Part shown: one piece after another, positions 1 through 12,372 of the stretch
Position numbering within the stretch: position 1 is the stretch's first letter
Layout: every line of letters starts with the position of its first letter
Assembly: GCA_038087875.1 (NCBI GenBank)
Contig: CM075992.1
Span: 6,698,001 to 6,762,000 of the forward strand
Length of the DNA: 64,000 bases
Source: Malacoraja senta
Lineage: Eukaryota
Direction of reading: 5' to 3'
Program-made: the position numbers and the translations under genes
The notes under the pieces: model-generated
The model's input: the letters and a program-made list of their open reading frames with translations, nothing else
What the model was told of the DNA's origin: nothing
Databases searched by the model: none

Positions 1-619
1 TCTGTTAAATTCTCACATCAGATATTTTTTAATGAGAGAGATATTGGCAACAAATATAAATGTTCTACTTTAGACACTTTTATAAAAGCAGTAATCTGAA
101 AACCATAAAGGCCAATAACTACTGCTATGCAAAAAAAAAAGATTTTTTATCATGAAATTTCCGTGGCAAGGAACAGTGGAGATGAATGCTGCAGTTTAGT
201 CACGGATTTTGCGTGGAAGTCATTATTTTATCATGTTGCCTAAGAGTTCTCGCCGTCCTTGTAAGCTGAAATATCAGGAGTGTATAATTCCACATGGCTG
301 ACTTTATTCTAAATATTACTAATAACTCCACCCAAACCGTGTTCAAATTTATTGTGACACGAGATACAGTGAATAGGTCTGTTTTGCATGCTGTCCAAAC
401 TGATAGGGTAAACATACATAAATACAATCGTCAAACTCGAGTGCAGTAGATGGAGCACAAAGGAAGGTAAAGAGTGCAGAATATAGTTGACATATTGTAG
501 CGCATCAGTACCATAGCACTTTATGAGGATGTAATGGGGAGAAGGCAGGTGAATGGGGTTACGAGGAGAGATAGATCAGCCATGATTGAATGGCTTAATT
601 CTACTATCACTTATGATCT

Positions 620-910
620 GTAGCGCAGCGGTAGAGTTGCTGTCTCACAGCGCCGGAGACACGGGTTCGATCCCGACTACGGGTGCTATCTGTACGGAGT
701 TTGTACGTTCTCCCCGTGACCTGCGTGGGTTTTCTCAGTTTCCTCCCACATTCCAAAGACGTACAGGTTTGTAGGTTAATTGCCTTGGTATGAGTGTAAA
801 ATTGTCCCTAGTGTGTGTAGGATAGTGTTACTATGCGGGGATCGCTGGTAGGTGCGGACTCGGTGGGCCGAAGGGCCTGTTTCCACGCTGTATCTCTAAA
901 CTAAACTAAA
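620..910 (+). mobile_element. HE1-like V-SINE. Other copies near 1020-1295(-), 7140-7425, 9060-9320, 19850-20020(-), 20680-20915, 43558-43875, 52828-53095, 54505-54795(-), 56128-56375, 56482-56785, 58460-58740, 63028-63330, 63400-63785(-)
   Basis: tRNA-like head; V-domain GGAGTTTGTACGTTCTCCCCGTG...TTTCCTCCCACA; CR1-type tail GGGCCGAAGGGCCTGTTTCC...(CTAAA)n. Confidence 0.9.
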
Positions 911-2633
911 AAAAAATCTTATGGCCTATTGGGATATGTCTGAAAATTCTGACTGACATTGACATAATGAATGAGCATAGATGAGGGGTCATTAATAGTC
1001 TAAATAGCCTTGGTTTAGTGATAAAGTGTGGAAACAGGCCCTTCTGCCAACTAAATCTGCACCAAACATTGATCATTCATTCACTAGTTCTATCCTACAC
1101 ACTGGAGACAATTTACAGAAGCCAATTAACCTACAAACCCACATGTCTTTGGAGTGTGGGAGGAAATGGGAGCACCCGTAGAAAACCCACACGGGTCACA
1201 GGGAGAACGAGCAAACTCCGTCCAGACAGCACCCATAGTCAGGATCAAACTCGGGTCTGTAAGGCAGCAATTCTGCTGCGGAGCTACTGCACCGTCCTCT
1301 TGAGAATTGAACAGAAAGCTCCAACAAGTGCTGATATGCTGGAAACACAAGGAGCTAAAATGTTGGAAATTCTTCAGCCATTTGTATGCGGAAAGCCACA
1401 GAGAGCTTGTCATTTTTTCCCCCTTGTACCAGACCTGAACCATAGGAGAGATGTGGTGATTGGTAATGGAAGTACTGTGGGTGGAATGGGCGGATGATTA
1501 AATACGGGGGGATCACATCGAAGGATAATGGTGCAAGGCGAAAAAGTGGTAAAGGAAGCTGTAATTCTGGAGAAGGAATATAGAAGAACAGAATATAGAC
1601 ACGAAAAGCTGGAGAAACTCAGCGGCACAGGCAGTATCTCTAGAGAGAAAGAATGGGTGACGTTTCGGTTCGAGACCCTCCTTCAGAACAGAATGCCTTG
1701 GTATGCAAGTCCAAGAATGCCAGAAGGCAACAGTGTAGTAGATAAGGTGGTGAAGATGGTGTACGGGGAATAAGCATTCAATAGCAGGGTCATACAATAA
1801 AAACAGCCAACATTTATGATGCACTTTGTAATACATTGGTTCGGCCTTATCTAGAGCCCTGTGTTGTTCAGAGTTCTAGTCACCACTCTATAGGAAGTGT
1901 ACAGAGGAGATTCACTCTGATGGGTATTAAATGTTTCAGTTCCAAGGAGAGACTGTATGGGGATTGGGGTTGGTTTCCTTGGAGCAAAGAAGGCTGCAAG
2001 AGGATCTGATAGTTGGGGGGAAGGGGGGGCTGTAGGAAATGTCCCTGTCCCCCACCAATAGAAGGGTCTAATAGAGAGCATATACACAAAATGTTGGAGT
2101 AACTCAGTGCATCAGGCAAATCTTCTGTATAAACCAGCACCTGCAGTTTCATCCTGCACATTTGGTCCAATAGAGAGAGTGAGGTCTTGGAGGTTTGGAG
2201 ATGAGGCAGTGAATAAGGTGTACAGGAGAGATACATTCATTAGCAGGGTCATACAATAAAAGAGCCAGTGTTCATGGTAAACTTTAATACGTTGGTTCGG
2301 CAATGAGGATAAACATTTTTTCACCTCGAGGGTGGCTTGAATCTGGAACTGGCTGCCGAAGAGTGTGGTAAAGGCAGGTCCGTTTCAGTCATGTCCAGAT
2401 GAACATTTGGATTGCCAAGACGTGAAATACCACAGACCAAGACCACATGAATTGATTAGTATGGACGGGTACTTGATGGCCATTGAGCCTGTTTATGTGG
2501 AGTTTGATTCTGTGGCTAAACTAAAGGTCCTCTTGTCGCTGCCCTCCGCTCACCAACACGTTTTCCCTGTAATAATCAGTTTTGCTCCTTTCGATGGTGC
2601 TGTGATCTGTAATGTTATTTCCGTGTTGCGCAG

Positions 2634-2746
2634 GTACACGGGTACAACGCCCTCACCGCCCCCTGGTTCACATTATATATCTCCGTCAGAGACCATGTGG
2701 AACACATCTGCTTCTTACAACCTGAGCTCAGGACTAACGGTGTCTG
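2634..2746 (+). CDS. CARM1: CARM1/PRMT4 internal coding exon (equivalent to mammalian exon 13)
   Basis: Translates (R)YTGTTPSPPPGSHYISPSETMWNTSASYNLSSGLTVS(G), matching the CARM1 post-catalytic region; acceptor ...gttgcgcag| and donor |gtatgg; phase 2 to 1. Confidence 0.95.
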
Positions 2747-2935
2747 GTATGGAACACTCTTTCATCTTTGGCCTTCTAAATATCAGTAAATCTTGTTCTG
2801 ATCCTCTGCTTTAGTTGTATGCTGTATGCAAGAGCCAAGTGTATTTTATTGTCATCTGTCCCAAAATGGAACAATGAAATTCTTACTTGCAGCAGCACAA
2901 CAGATATGTAAACATAGTGAAGATAGACACAAAAG

Positions 2936-3640
2936 TCAAGTCAAGACACTTTTATTTCTATAGCACATTTAAAAAACAACTCTCGTTGACCAAAGTGCTT
3001 TACATTGGTGGAGGTACTAACGTTATACAACAGTGGTTCATAGATTAAGTACATACATAAATACATACATATAGCCCTCCCTCAGAGGACGTCAAGAAAG
3101 GATTGAGAGTAAAGATGAGTTTTAAGTCTCGACTTAAAAGAGTTGATGGAGGGGGCAGTTCTGATGGGAAGAGGGAGGCTGTTCCACAGTCTGGGAGCTG
3201 CAACCGCAAAGGCGCGGTCGCCCCTGAGCTTATGCCTAGACCGCGGGATGTTCAGTAACCCCAAGTCGGCCGATTTAAGGGACCTGGAGGTGGTATGGTG
3301 GGTAAGCAGACTATCGATGTAGGTGGGGGCAAGCCCGTTAAGGGCTTTGTAAACATAAAGAAGGATCTTGAAATGTATTGGGAACCGCACAGGGAGCCAG
3401 TGGAGAGAGGCCAGAATCGGGGTGATGTGGTCCCTTTTTCGGGTGCCCGTCAGGAGTCTCGCTGCGGCGTTTTGGACCAGTTGCAGGCGGGACATGGAAG
3501 ATTGGCTGATGCCAGTGTAAAGGGTGTTGCAGTAATCGAGGCGGGAGGAGATAAATGAGTGGATGATCTTTTCGAGGTCATCAAACTAGAGGAATTGTTT
3601 TATTTTAGCTATCGTCCGAAGCTGGAAGAAGCTAGGACAA
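2936..3640 (-). mobile_element. 5'-truncated L2-clade LINE
   Basis: ORF 3082-3495 RLQLVQNAAARLLTGTRKRDHITPILASLHWLPV...GDRAFAVAAPRLWNSLP; L2-type 3' stem-loop and (CTTGA)n tail. Confidence 0.9.
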
Positions 3641-5363
3641 AAAATTGTCCTCTTCACAATGCAGTCAATATCAGAGACCCACACCACTCTCATTCGGGAA
3701 GAAGGTACAGGAGCTGTAATACTAACGTCCAGGTTCAGGAGCAGCTTCTTCCCTATAACATCAGGCTATTAAACACTACAACCTCCAAATGGGCTCTGAA
3801 CTACATAGACTTGGGGGCATTTATTTTTGTCTTTGCACCATCGTTGCTTATTTGTCGGGTGCTTTTTTACACACTATATACACACTGAACTTTGCTTATC
3901 ATGGTGTTTACAGCGCACTGTTTACAAGCCCACAGAAGGGCTCTGACCCGAAACATCACTCATTCTTTTTCTCCAGAGATGCTGCCCGTCCCGCTGATTT
4001 ACTCCAACACTTTGTGTCTTTTTTTTGCTGAGTTACTCCAGCACTTTTTTTAGTGTTGGGAACCTTCGGAAGAAGTCCTAACCCAAAATATCACCTATCC
4101 ATAGATAGACACAAAAAGCTGGAGAAACTCAGCGGGACAGACAGCATCTCTGGAGAGAAAGAATGGGTGGCGTTTCGGGTCGAGACAAGAAGGGTCTCGA
4201 CCCGAGACATCACCCATTCCTTCTCTACAGAGGTACTGCCTGTCCTGCTCTGTTACTCCAGCTTTTTGTGTCTATCTTCAGTTTAAACCAGCATCTGCAG
4301 TTCCATCCTACACATCAACTATCCATGTTCTCCTGAGATGCTGAAGACAGACACAAAATGCTGGAGTAACTCAGCGAGTCAGGCCGCATCTCTGGAGGGA
4401 AGGAATGGGTGAAGTTTCGGGTTGGAACCCTTCCTTCGGGATTGTGACACATTCTCCAGAGATGGTACCTGACCCGCTCGGTTACTCCTGCTCTTTGTCT
4501 CTTTTTTGTAAACCAGCATCTGCAGTTCCTTGTTTCTAAACTACTTTTGTTACATGTACCTAGACACAATGAGATTGTGTTTTCATACAACTCTGTAAAA
4601 TCAAACTGTACATGAACACAATCATGCTCTCATACAAGAGTGCCGTTGAATTGTGATTTCGTTTTTTGGCAGACTCTTACCACATTGTCCCACTAAGTTA
4701 CTGCTGTTATCTATGCACGTGTGTGTGCGCCAAGCATGTAAACAAATTCTCAATCTGCTGGTAACAATCGGATTGCTTATAGAGCACAAACTAAACTTGA
4801 TTGAGTTTCCTTATCAATTCAGCCATTTAACTTTCTAAAGCACACTAACTGTTATCAAGAGATACAAGGAACCGCAGGTGCTTGTTTGTACAAAAAAAAT
4901 CAGTGCTGGAGTAACTCAGCGGGCCAGACAGCATCTCTGGAGAACATGGATGGTTAAGGTTTTGGGTCAAGGCCCCTTCTTCAGACAGACTGTTGCAATT
5001 AGTTTTCTTCCCTCCACCTTAATCCAATCTCCATTTTCCATACTAAATTGGTATTGACCATCCAATTTTTACAGGTGCGTGCTGCAGAATTGCTGCTGAC
5101 AAGCTGACCTATCACCAGAATTGCTGCTTTATTTTACATTACTTTTTGACGCTCTCTTCAGCATTTACAACCACGAATTTTCAATGTAGAACACGTCCTT
5201 CTCATTGGAATTGCTGGCAGTTTATGGAGGGAGATTAGTTCCATATGACGAAGGCCAAATGAATTTGTGGAAGAATTTTAATGCTGATGTTATTCTAATC
5301 GGTTAAACTGTCATTGGTGATGTAGGTAAAAAAATGTGACATTCTGCTTTTCCACTTTTGAAG

Positions 5364-5441
5364 GAGTCCCAGCAGCTTATGACTTGAGCAATGTGATTGC
5401 CAGTGGATCTGCAGTCAGCCACAACAACCTGATTCCATTAG
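5364..5441 (+). CDS. CARM1: CARM1 coding exon (exon 14 equivalent), 78 nt
   Basis: (G)VPAAYDLSNVIASGSAVSHNNLIPL(A); acceptor ttttgaag| and donor |gtaggt; phase 1-1, compatible with both neighbours. Confidence 0.95.
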
Positions 5442-8400
5442 GTAGGTATAAAATAATGCTGTTCAGCAGCTTAGTAAGAAAGTAACAAAGGAACATTGGT
5501 AGCCAAGGGTTTGTCAAACTCCAAACCACGATAATCTTCACATCCTCCTCCCTTCCATTGTTAGGGGGCTCTGGTTGTCTTTAAAGAGTATATGCTCCCC
5601 CAAAGCTAAGTGCGATTTGTTTAACTATGTATTCATTAATATGGCTGTGATCTTCAGGAACTCGCCCTCTGCCTGGTGGCTTGGTTCACAGGTTGGCAAC
5701 AATTGTTTGTGTCAGCCACAACCCTTTTGAGGTAATGACACATTTTCTAAATTGGCTGACGGACTAGGAAGTGAGATCCAGTTTTCTACCGTCTGGATAC
5801 AGAAGATTATCATTTGATTTGGAGTTTGTCTCTCCCCCAAGTGATCGATTAAGAGCCAATTGGTTTTGGTTTTTTACACTTTGGGAAGTCTCTGATGGAG
5901 TGTGTAAAAACAACCCGAGTATGATTCACTCTTGCTTCACTCTCACTGTTTTGTGGGATATGTTTTGTGTAGGATGGTGCTGAGAGATGATTTTGTCTGA
6001 AGTGTATTGCATTAGATATAATTCCAACACAGTTAATCCCACATCCAGATACCTCTCGTATCTCATCCGGCACCATTTTGTAGTCATCTCCTGACCATAA
6101 AAGGATGTATGAAGATGTTGAAGCTGCTGGATACTTCCCAACAGAACTGAGGAAATGGAGGAGGACGAGGAGGAGATAGATTGTGTTGAGTTACTTCCAG
6201 AGGGCGAGGGACCTAAATTGCCAATTCTTTGACACTAGCTGGGAGACTGTTGGGCAGGAGATCAGAGGTATCTGGCAAGAATAGCATTCCATTAAAGTGA
6301 AGATACAATTATTCCATATCAGCTAAAGATAAATCAACGGTGGGTATATGGTCCAAGCAGCTTTCTTCTAATCCCATTCTATATGAATGAGGTCCAGCTT
6401 GATTCCCTTTTCAGTTGTCCCCACCTCACCACGGTGCAATGGTGGCTTGGAGCCATCCCACCACTAACCAGGCAGCTCAGATGTTCTCATGGTCATGGTC
6501 TAAGATTACTGCATGAATACTTTATTCTCACATATGACAAGTCGCTGTGAAAATCTTTGCTTGCATACCCAAGGTATGCAATAGTCGCCACATAAAGGCC
6601 GTCGACAACGTTACAAAGTATACGAAGTTGGCAGGTGTAACCCAGGGAAACCGACACTAAAGTGTGCGGGTTAAAAATAAATGATAACTTCCTATTCATT
6701 GACTCAATAGACAATAGGTGCAGGAGTAGGTCATTTGGCTGATCATCCCCAATCAGTACCCCAATGGTGCCGGACTCGTCACATTAATTCCTGCTGACCA
6801 ACTCTCAAGCATTACTGATCAAAATGCCTGCATCGTTGTCTTCTGTAATAAAATTACCTCACACCACCACCACCACCCACCCACCCCCCCCCCCAATAAT
6901 CGTATGCTATTAAATAGTGTTAGCATTTTCACTTAGTTGGGCTATTTCTATAACATTCTTATGAAAGGATAAGAGAAAGAATCTTAAACTATTTTTATTT
7001 GGAAGGCTGTATCATGCACTGGGCAGTTACTGGTCATTATTGACGATTAGCTGTGAGGATAGGTATCCACGTTCTTTAGACACTTATCTGATTTGAACAG
7101 CTTTGCATTAGCTCGGCATTCTAAACCAAAAATATTGAAGTGGGTAGCACAGCTGGTAGAGCTGCTTCCTCACAGCATCAGAGAGTCGGATTCAGTCCAG
7201 ACCTCGGGAGCTGTCTGTGTACGGGTTTCCTCTGGGTGCTCAGGTTTCCTCCCACATCGCAAGGACATGCGGGTTTGTAGGTTTATTGCCGCTTTGTAAG
7301 TTGCCCCTAATATGTAGGGAGTGGATGCGAAAGCAGGATAATATAGAACTAATGTGAATGGGTGATCGAAAGTCAGTGGGGACTTGGTGGGAAGAAGGAG
7401 CTGTTTCCAAGATGTACTTTTCAATCTGTTACAATGAATGAATGGTGAGCAATCCATTAGTTGGTGTCGGAGTTTAGTAGAAATGATTTGTATGCCTTAT
7501 CGCCTAATGTCTGACAAAAGTCTCCTTCCCAGTTGTTAAATGTTGCTACATTGTTAAATAGTAAATGTGGTTAAATTTTTACTCTTGCTGATCTGACCAG
7601 CCTTTACTCTAGATGTTCATGGCTACAAGATTTAATATAATGTTTGAATTCAGCATAACTTCTTGATATCCAACATTTTGCCACTACTGTTCAGCTTGAG
7701 GGCCTTGCATTCCATTAATATATTTAAGTGAGAGCTTAAGGGAAAAGAGGGGCTAAATATATGAAATATAAATAACTAATTTGGTGAGTGTTCTGATGGG
7801 GAGCAGAGTTTGCTTTCTAACCGTTGGACATGGACAAATTTGGGTGGCCCTGATGAGCCTGGTTTTCCAAGAAGCAGTGAGCACAGCTCTGACTTAGTTT
7901 CATGAGAAAATCACTTCTGAAATAGAGATTAGCTACATCCTGTCCCATTTTAACAGATTTGTTGGAACTGCTGATATGGAAAGAGCATTGTGTGGAATTT
8001 AGAACTTGGCCCAGTCGCTTTCGGCTCAAACAGTCAATGGAATTGCTTCATCTCGCCCTATCAACGCTTGCTTTTGTTCCTTTCTCCCTTGTGTTTTCCT
8101 ATGTATGCAGCAATCATTTTTGCCTCAGCTACGCCATGTATTAACATGTTCCACATCTCACCACAGAGGGAAGACATTTCTGCTGAATCATCAGATTTGG
8201 TGAATCTTCTCGTTTTTGGCTCTCTGCCCATCAACTAAAGGACATGCATCTTGCTTGTGTCTTTCCTTTGCACCCTTCTCGTAACATTGACCACGTCCAA
8301 GTCACCTGGAGAAAAAAATCTCTTGCTTCTTCTGTCTTTCTATATAAACTTAGGCTCTGTCAATTGTGGTATCATCTTGCAAATCCTAAATGTGTAGTTT

Positions 8401-11400
8401 TTGGATATCTCTCTTCTGCTGCATTGTTTACCTGGTCATGGTTTATTTTTGGCGATTGATGTTTCTTAATCCAATCATTAGTTTATTCAAATTTCTTCTA
8501 TTTATTGTAATTTATGGTATAATTTCCCATGTCCTTTCTCCCTATTTACCTCTAGTTTTGGGTTCTGTTGTATGGTGTCCACTGCACTTTCTACAGTATT
8601 TTTCAATTTGGAAGGAATATTGGCCCAACGTTGATGAGATGGAGTACTTCTATATGCCAGGACCAAACCTAGTGACACCCATGAAAACACACTGCAGGAG
8701 CCTGTCAGAATGATTAACATTTTTGTGTAAACATGCCAACCTGGTACCTGCCTGTAAGATTTTTATAATTCTTCCATGCATCAGCATATATTTTCCCAAC
8801 AAAGAAAGGGAAGGAAACCTTAGAGATCCTAAATCTGCAGATCCCTCCACGTTCTCAAACCAATCTCAATTTTCTTTTCATAGGATCATAGGTCACAGGA
8901 GAAGAATTAGGCCATTCGGCCCATCAAATCTCCTCAGCCAGTTGATCATGACTGACCTCTTTCCCTCTCAACCCCATTCTCCTGCCTTCTCCCCATAACC
9001 TTTCACAGCCTTTTTTCAGATGTGTATAGTCTCGAGCGTTCTAAACACCAATCTTCCAGGGGTGGCAGAGTGGCACAGGGGTAGAGTTATTGCCTTACAG
9101 CGCCAGGGACCTGGGTTTGATCCCAACTACGAATGCTATCCGTACAGAGCTTGCATGTTCTCCTTGTGACCACGTGGTTTTCTCTGGGTGCTCCAGTTTC
9201 TTCTCGCATTCCAAAGACCTACTGGTTTGTAGGCTAATTGGCTTTGGTAAAATAGTAAATTGTCCTTAGTGTGTAGGAAAGTGTTGCTGTGCAGGGTAAT
9301 CACTGGTTACTGTCAACTCTAAAGGGTGCGTGTGTGTGCGCACAAGAGGGAGATGCATTAGAGTTTTGCTTAGCACTATTGCCTCTGGGAAATTAGTAAA
9401 ATGAGATTCAGTAGTATAGTGGTTCACTAAGCAAAGCTTAGTGGGTCAGGAAGCATCTGTGGAGGCGATGATTAGGTGATGTTTCAGGTCTGGACTCTTC
9501 ACACTAGGAGTTTACTAGTTGGGCGAGCTGCCAGAATCCCGGTCTTGATCGAGGAACATCAATTCAAATACAACAATAGCACTGGGGAATTAATATAAAT
9601 CCGGAATTTAAAAAAAGTTTTGCCTCAGTAAAAGAAAGCACAAAGCTACAGGGTTATTATAAAACTGTGTCCGGTCCACTAATGTCCTACAGGAAGGGGA
9701 AGCTGCCATCCTTTCCCAGTCTGCCCGCACACCATTTGGGAGCAACCTCGATGCATAATGATGAATGCTGACATTACCAATGCCATCCATGTTTTCTGGA
9801 CAAATATTAGTCAGGCCATCAGTTTTACAACTAACGCAACCTGAATATGTATGTGTAACCTTTGAACTTGATGGTTCCCTTATTGTACTAGTTAGCATTG
9901 GGTCCAGAAATATTCCAGGAAGAACTTCCTACAGCCAGTTATAAGCATATTTGAAGTCACCATCTCATGTTCGCCAGAGATATCGCCTGACCCGCTGAGC
10001 TATTCCAGTTTTTTTTCTGTAAATTAGCATCTGCAGTTCCTTGTTTTTTACAGCAAGTTGTCTCTTCCACAGCAGATAACATAATTAAAATAGAAAGCAA
10101 AAATGTATAGATGACCTTAAGGTTGCACACAGCATTCCAGTTAAAACTGAAAGTGTAGTGTTGGAAGTCGATGTTTGAACCAGAGCAGTGGCAGATAAAG
10201 AGCCAGTTAGACGCTGTCTTGCGGACACTGAGATTCCCTGGAAAGATTCAAGAGATGGGCTGATCCATTGAATTGTGAGAAAATCATAACTTGGCCTCTT
10301 AATGCGCAGTTTATTTATGTTGGTTGAGAAGATTTTAATTTGCTATATTAGTGAGCTTTAATTGAAACAAATGGTCAGTATGATGCTTGTTATCCATTTT
10401 CTTTCATTGTCTTGTTTGGATGTTATTAATGGTTGAGGGCTTGTCCAAACATGAGCGATGGATGAGGAAAGGAGTGAGAAGCTAACATTTTGACCCCATA
10501 TCTACTGAGGTGTCAGACTTTGATTTAATCGAGGAAGCGGTTGTCTCATTTGTTTTGTAGGGAAGGTTATTAGTTGTATCAATAGCATAGACTCAGCTCT
10601 CCAGTGTGCTTGCCTCAAACCTGACCATCCTGTTCAAGAGGAATTGGGGATGGGCAATAAATGGTACCGTTGCCAGCACCATCCTCGTCCTGTGAGTAAT
10701 GAATTAATTAAACACCACAGCAAGTTTATCCTTCATTGTTATAACTTTATTCAACATGCAAGAGAATAAATTATCTTTAAAAAATTAAAACAACAAACCT
10801 GATTGAAGGTGACGTTCTGTCATCCTCCCACCAAATGTCGAAATAATTTTGAGGTGTGAACCTCGATTGTTTGAATTTGCGGGCACTTACATATATGAAG
10901 AAGGATCTCGACCCGAAACGTCACCCATTCCTTCGCTCCATAGATGCTGCCTCACCCGCTGAGTTTCTCCAGCATTTCTGTCTACCCACAAGTTATCCTA
11001 AATCACTTCATGAGGTTGGCTTTGAACTTGCCCAGAACTGTCCTTAACAACTTGACAATGCCATAAACTCAGATTACATGTAGCAGAGCATGGTCCAACT
11101 TTTTTTTTTTAAGTTGGACCATGATATTTTTTGGTAGTTTTCCTCCAGGTTAGTGTTGTAGTGACTTTGTTGTTACCTGTGCTATTCTTTTTACTCGATG
11201 ATATTAGTGTGCCTCGCCTTCAGCAGAGAAATAGCTAGTGAAGTGATATCTACAATCAATATTTCAGTTTGAAGGAGAATGTCTTTTTGTTTCTATTGAG
11301 ATGCAAGCTGTGAATTTAAAGATCAGTTTTGTTTTATCATATCGGTCAATGTAGACTTTTGTCTTTCCTTGGTGTAGTCTCCCCATTCCCCAAACTCCCC

Positions 11401-12303
11401 AGGACCTTTCTGTTTCTGTAAATTGCGCAAAATTTGGTTCGAATTTTGGTTTTGGGTGCAAGTAAGGTGGCTGAACATTCTGTTGAGGGTTGCTGCCTAT
11501 TTCCTGTGGATAAATCAGTAGGTTTATATGACGTTATGGGGTAAAATGCTTCTTAAGACTGAGAAAGGAAGGATGCAATAATTGACTTGTCAATTCATGG
11601 TCTATGGGTAAATAGTATTTGCACCAGGTGTGATGATACCTCCAATCCAGCAGGGGTGCTACAGTTGGCTTTGAGCATCTTTAGTATCGGGGAGACTACA
11701 ACTTAGTTGTTCTTTCCTGGATGTTTCCCCCATGAAGATTGTTGGTGGGGGGGCACTGGGGTTAAACTCTGCTGCGATCTTCTCCCTGTTGGGCTTGCAC
11801 GAAGAAACGTCACTTGGTTAAGTGCCTGGCGGGTCCTTGGCCCGTTCCTCATTACACCTCCAGAAAGAGGAGAGTTGAAACATTTCACATTCTGGTTCGG
11901 AAATGAGTCACATTCTGGTTTTCAGTCCTTAGCCCCTTGTGCAAAGATGTCCAAATATTTTCCACCTAGTGTTTCCAGAAAGCTGCAATAAAGTGGAGTT
12001 ACGATCCAGATGCAGTGTAATTGATGTGCTGCCTTGCTACTGTCAGCTCCTGGGGCATTTTGTTTCTCTTTGAAATTCTGGTTGCAGCATTCCTTTTATT
12101 GATGAGCTGTGCATGATGTCAACGATCTGATTTTCATCTGGCTGCTGTGGGCATCTTGGTGCAAAGGATGGCACCAAACATTATTGAACTTTAGTGATGC
12201 ATTATTGAGGAATGAGCTTTTTTTTTTTTTGCTTTTGTATAGAGTGCTTTTCCCTCCCTTTGTCGTATTTTACTGGAAGGTTTCTCTCCTCCTCTCTTCA
12301 CAG

Positions 12304-12372
12304 CCAACACTGGGATAGTGAATCACACTCACTCAAGACTGGGATCCATTATGAGCACAGGATTTATACAGG
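12304..12372 (+). CDS. CARM1: CARM1 coding exon (exon 15 equivalent), 69 nt
   Basis: (A)NTGIVNHTHSRLGSIMSTGFIQ(G); strong polypyrimidine tract ...tctcttcacag| and donor |gtaaag; symmetric phase 1-1. Confidence 0.95.

Noticed and set aside
620..690. tRNA genes (also 28808-28870)
   Set aside because: tRNA-derived SINE heads fused to SINE bodies, with no full cloverleaf
1740..2320. Apparent local duplication (TAGCAGGGTCATACAATAAAA twice)
   Set aside because: Both look like decayed CR1 fragments from the same LINE region
2365..2814. 149-aa single-exon gene
   Set aside because: Only 2634-2746 is coding (CARM1 exon); the rest is intron read-through
4103..4540. Pre-miRNA-like long hairpins
   Set aside because: Copies of the PLE-derived fold-back family; no evidence for miRNA processing
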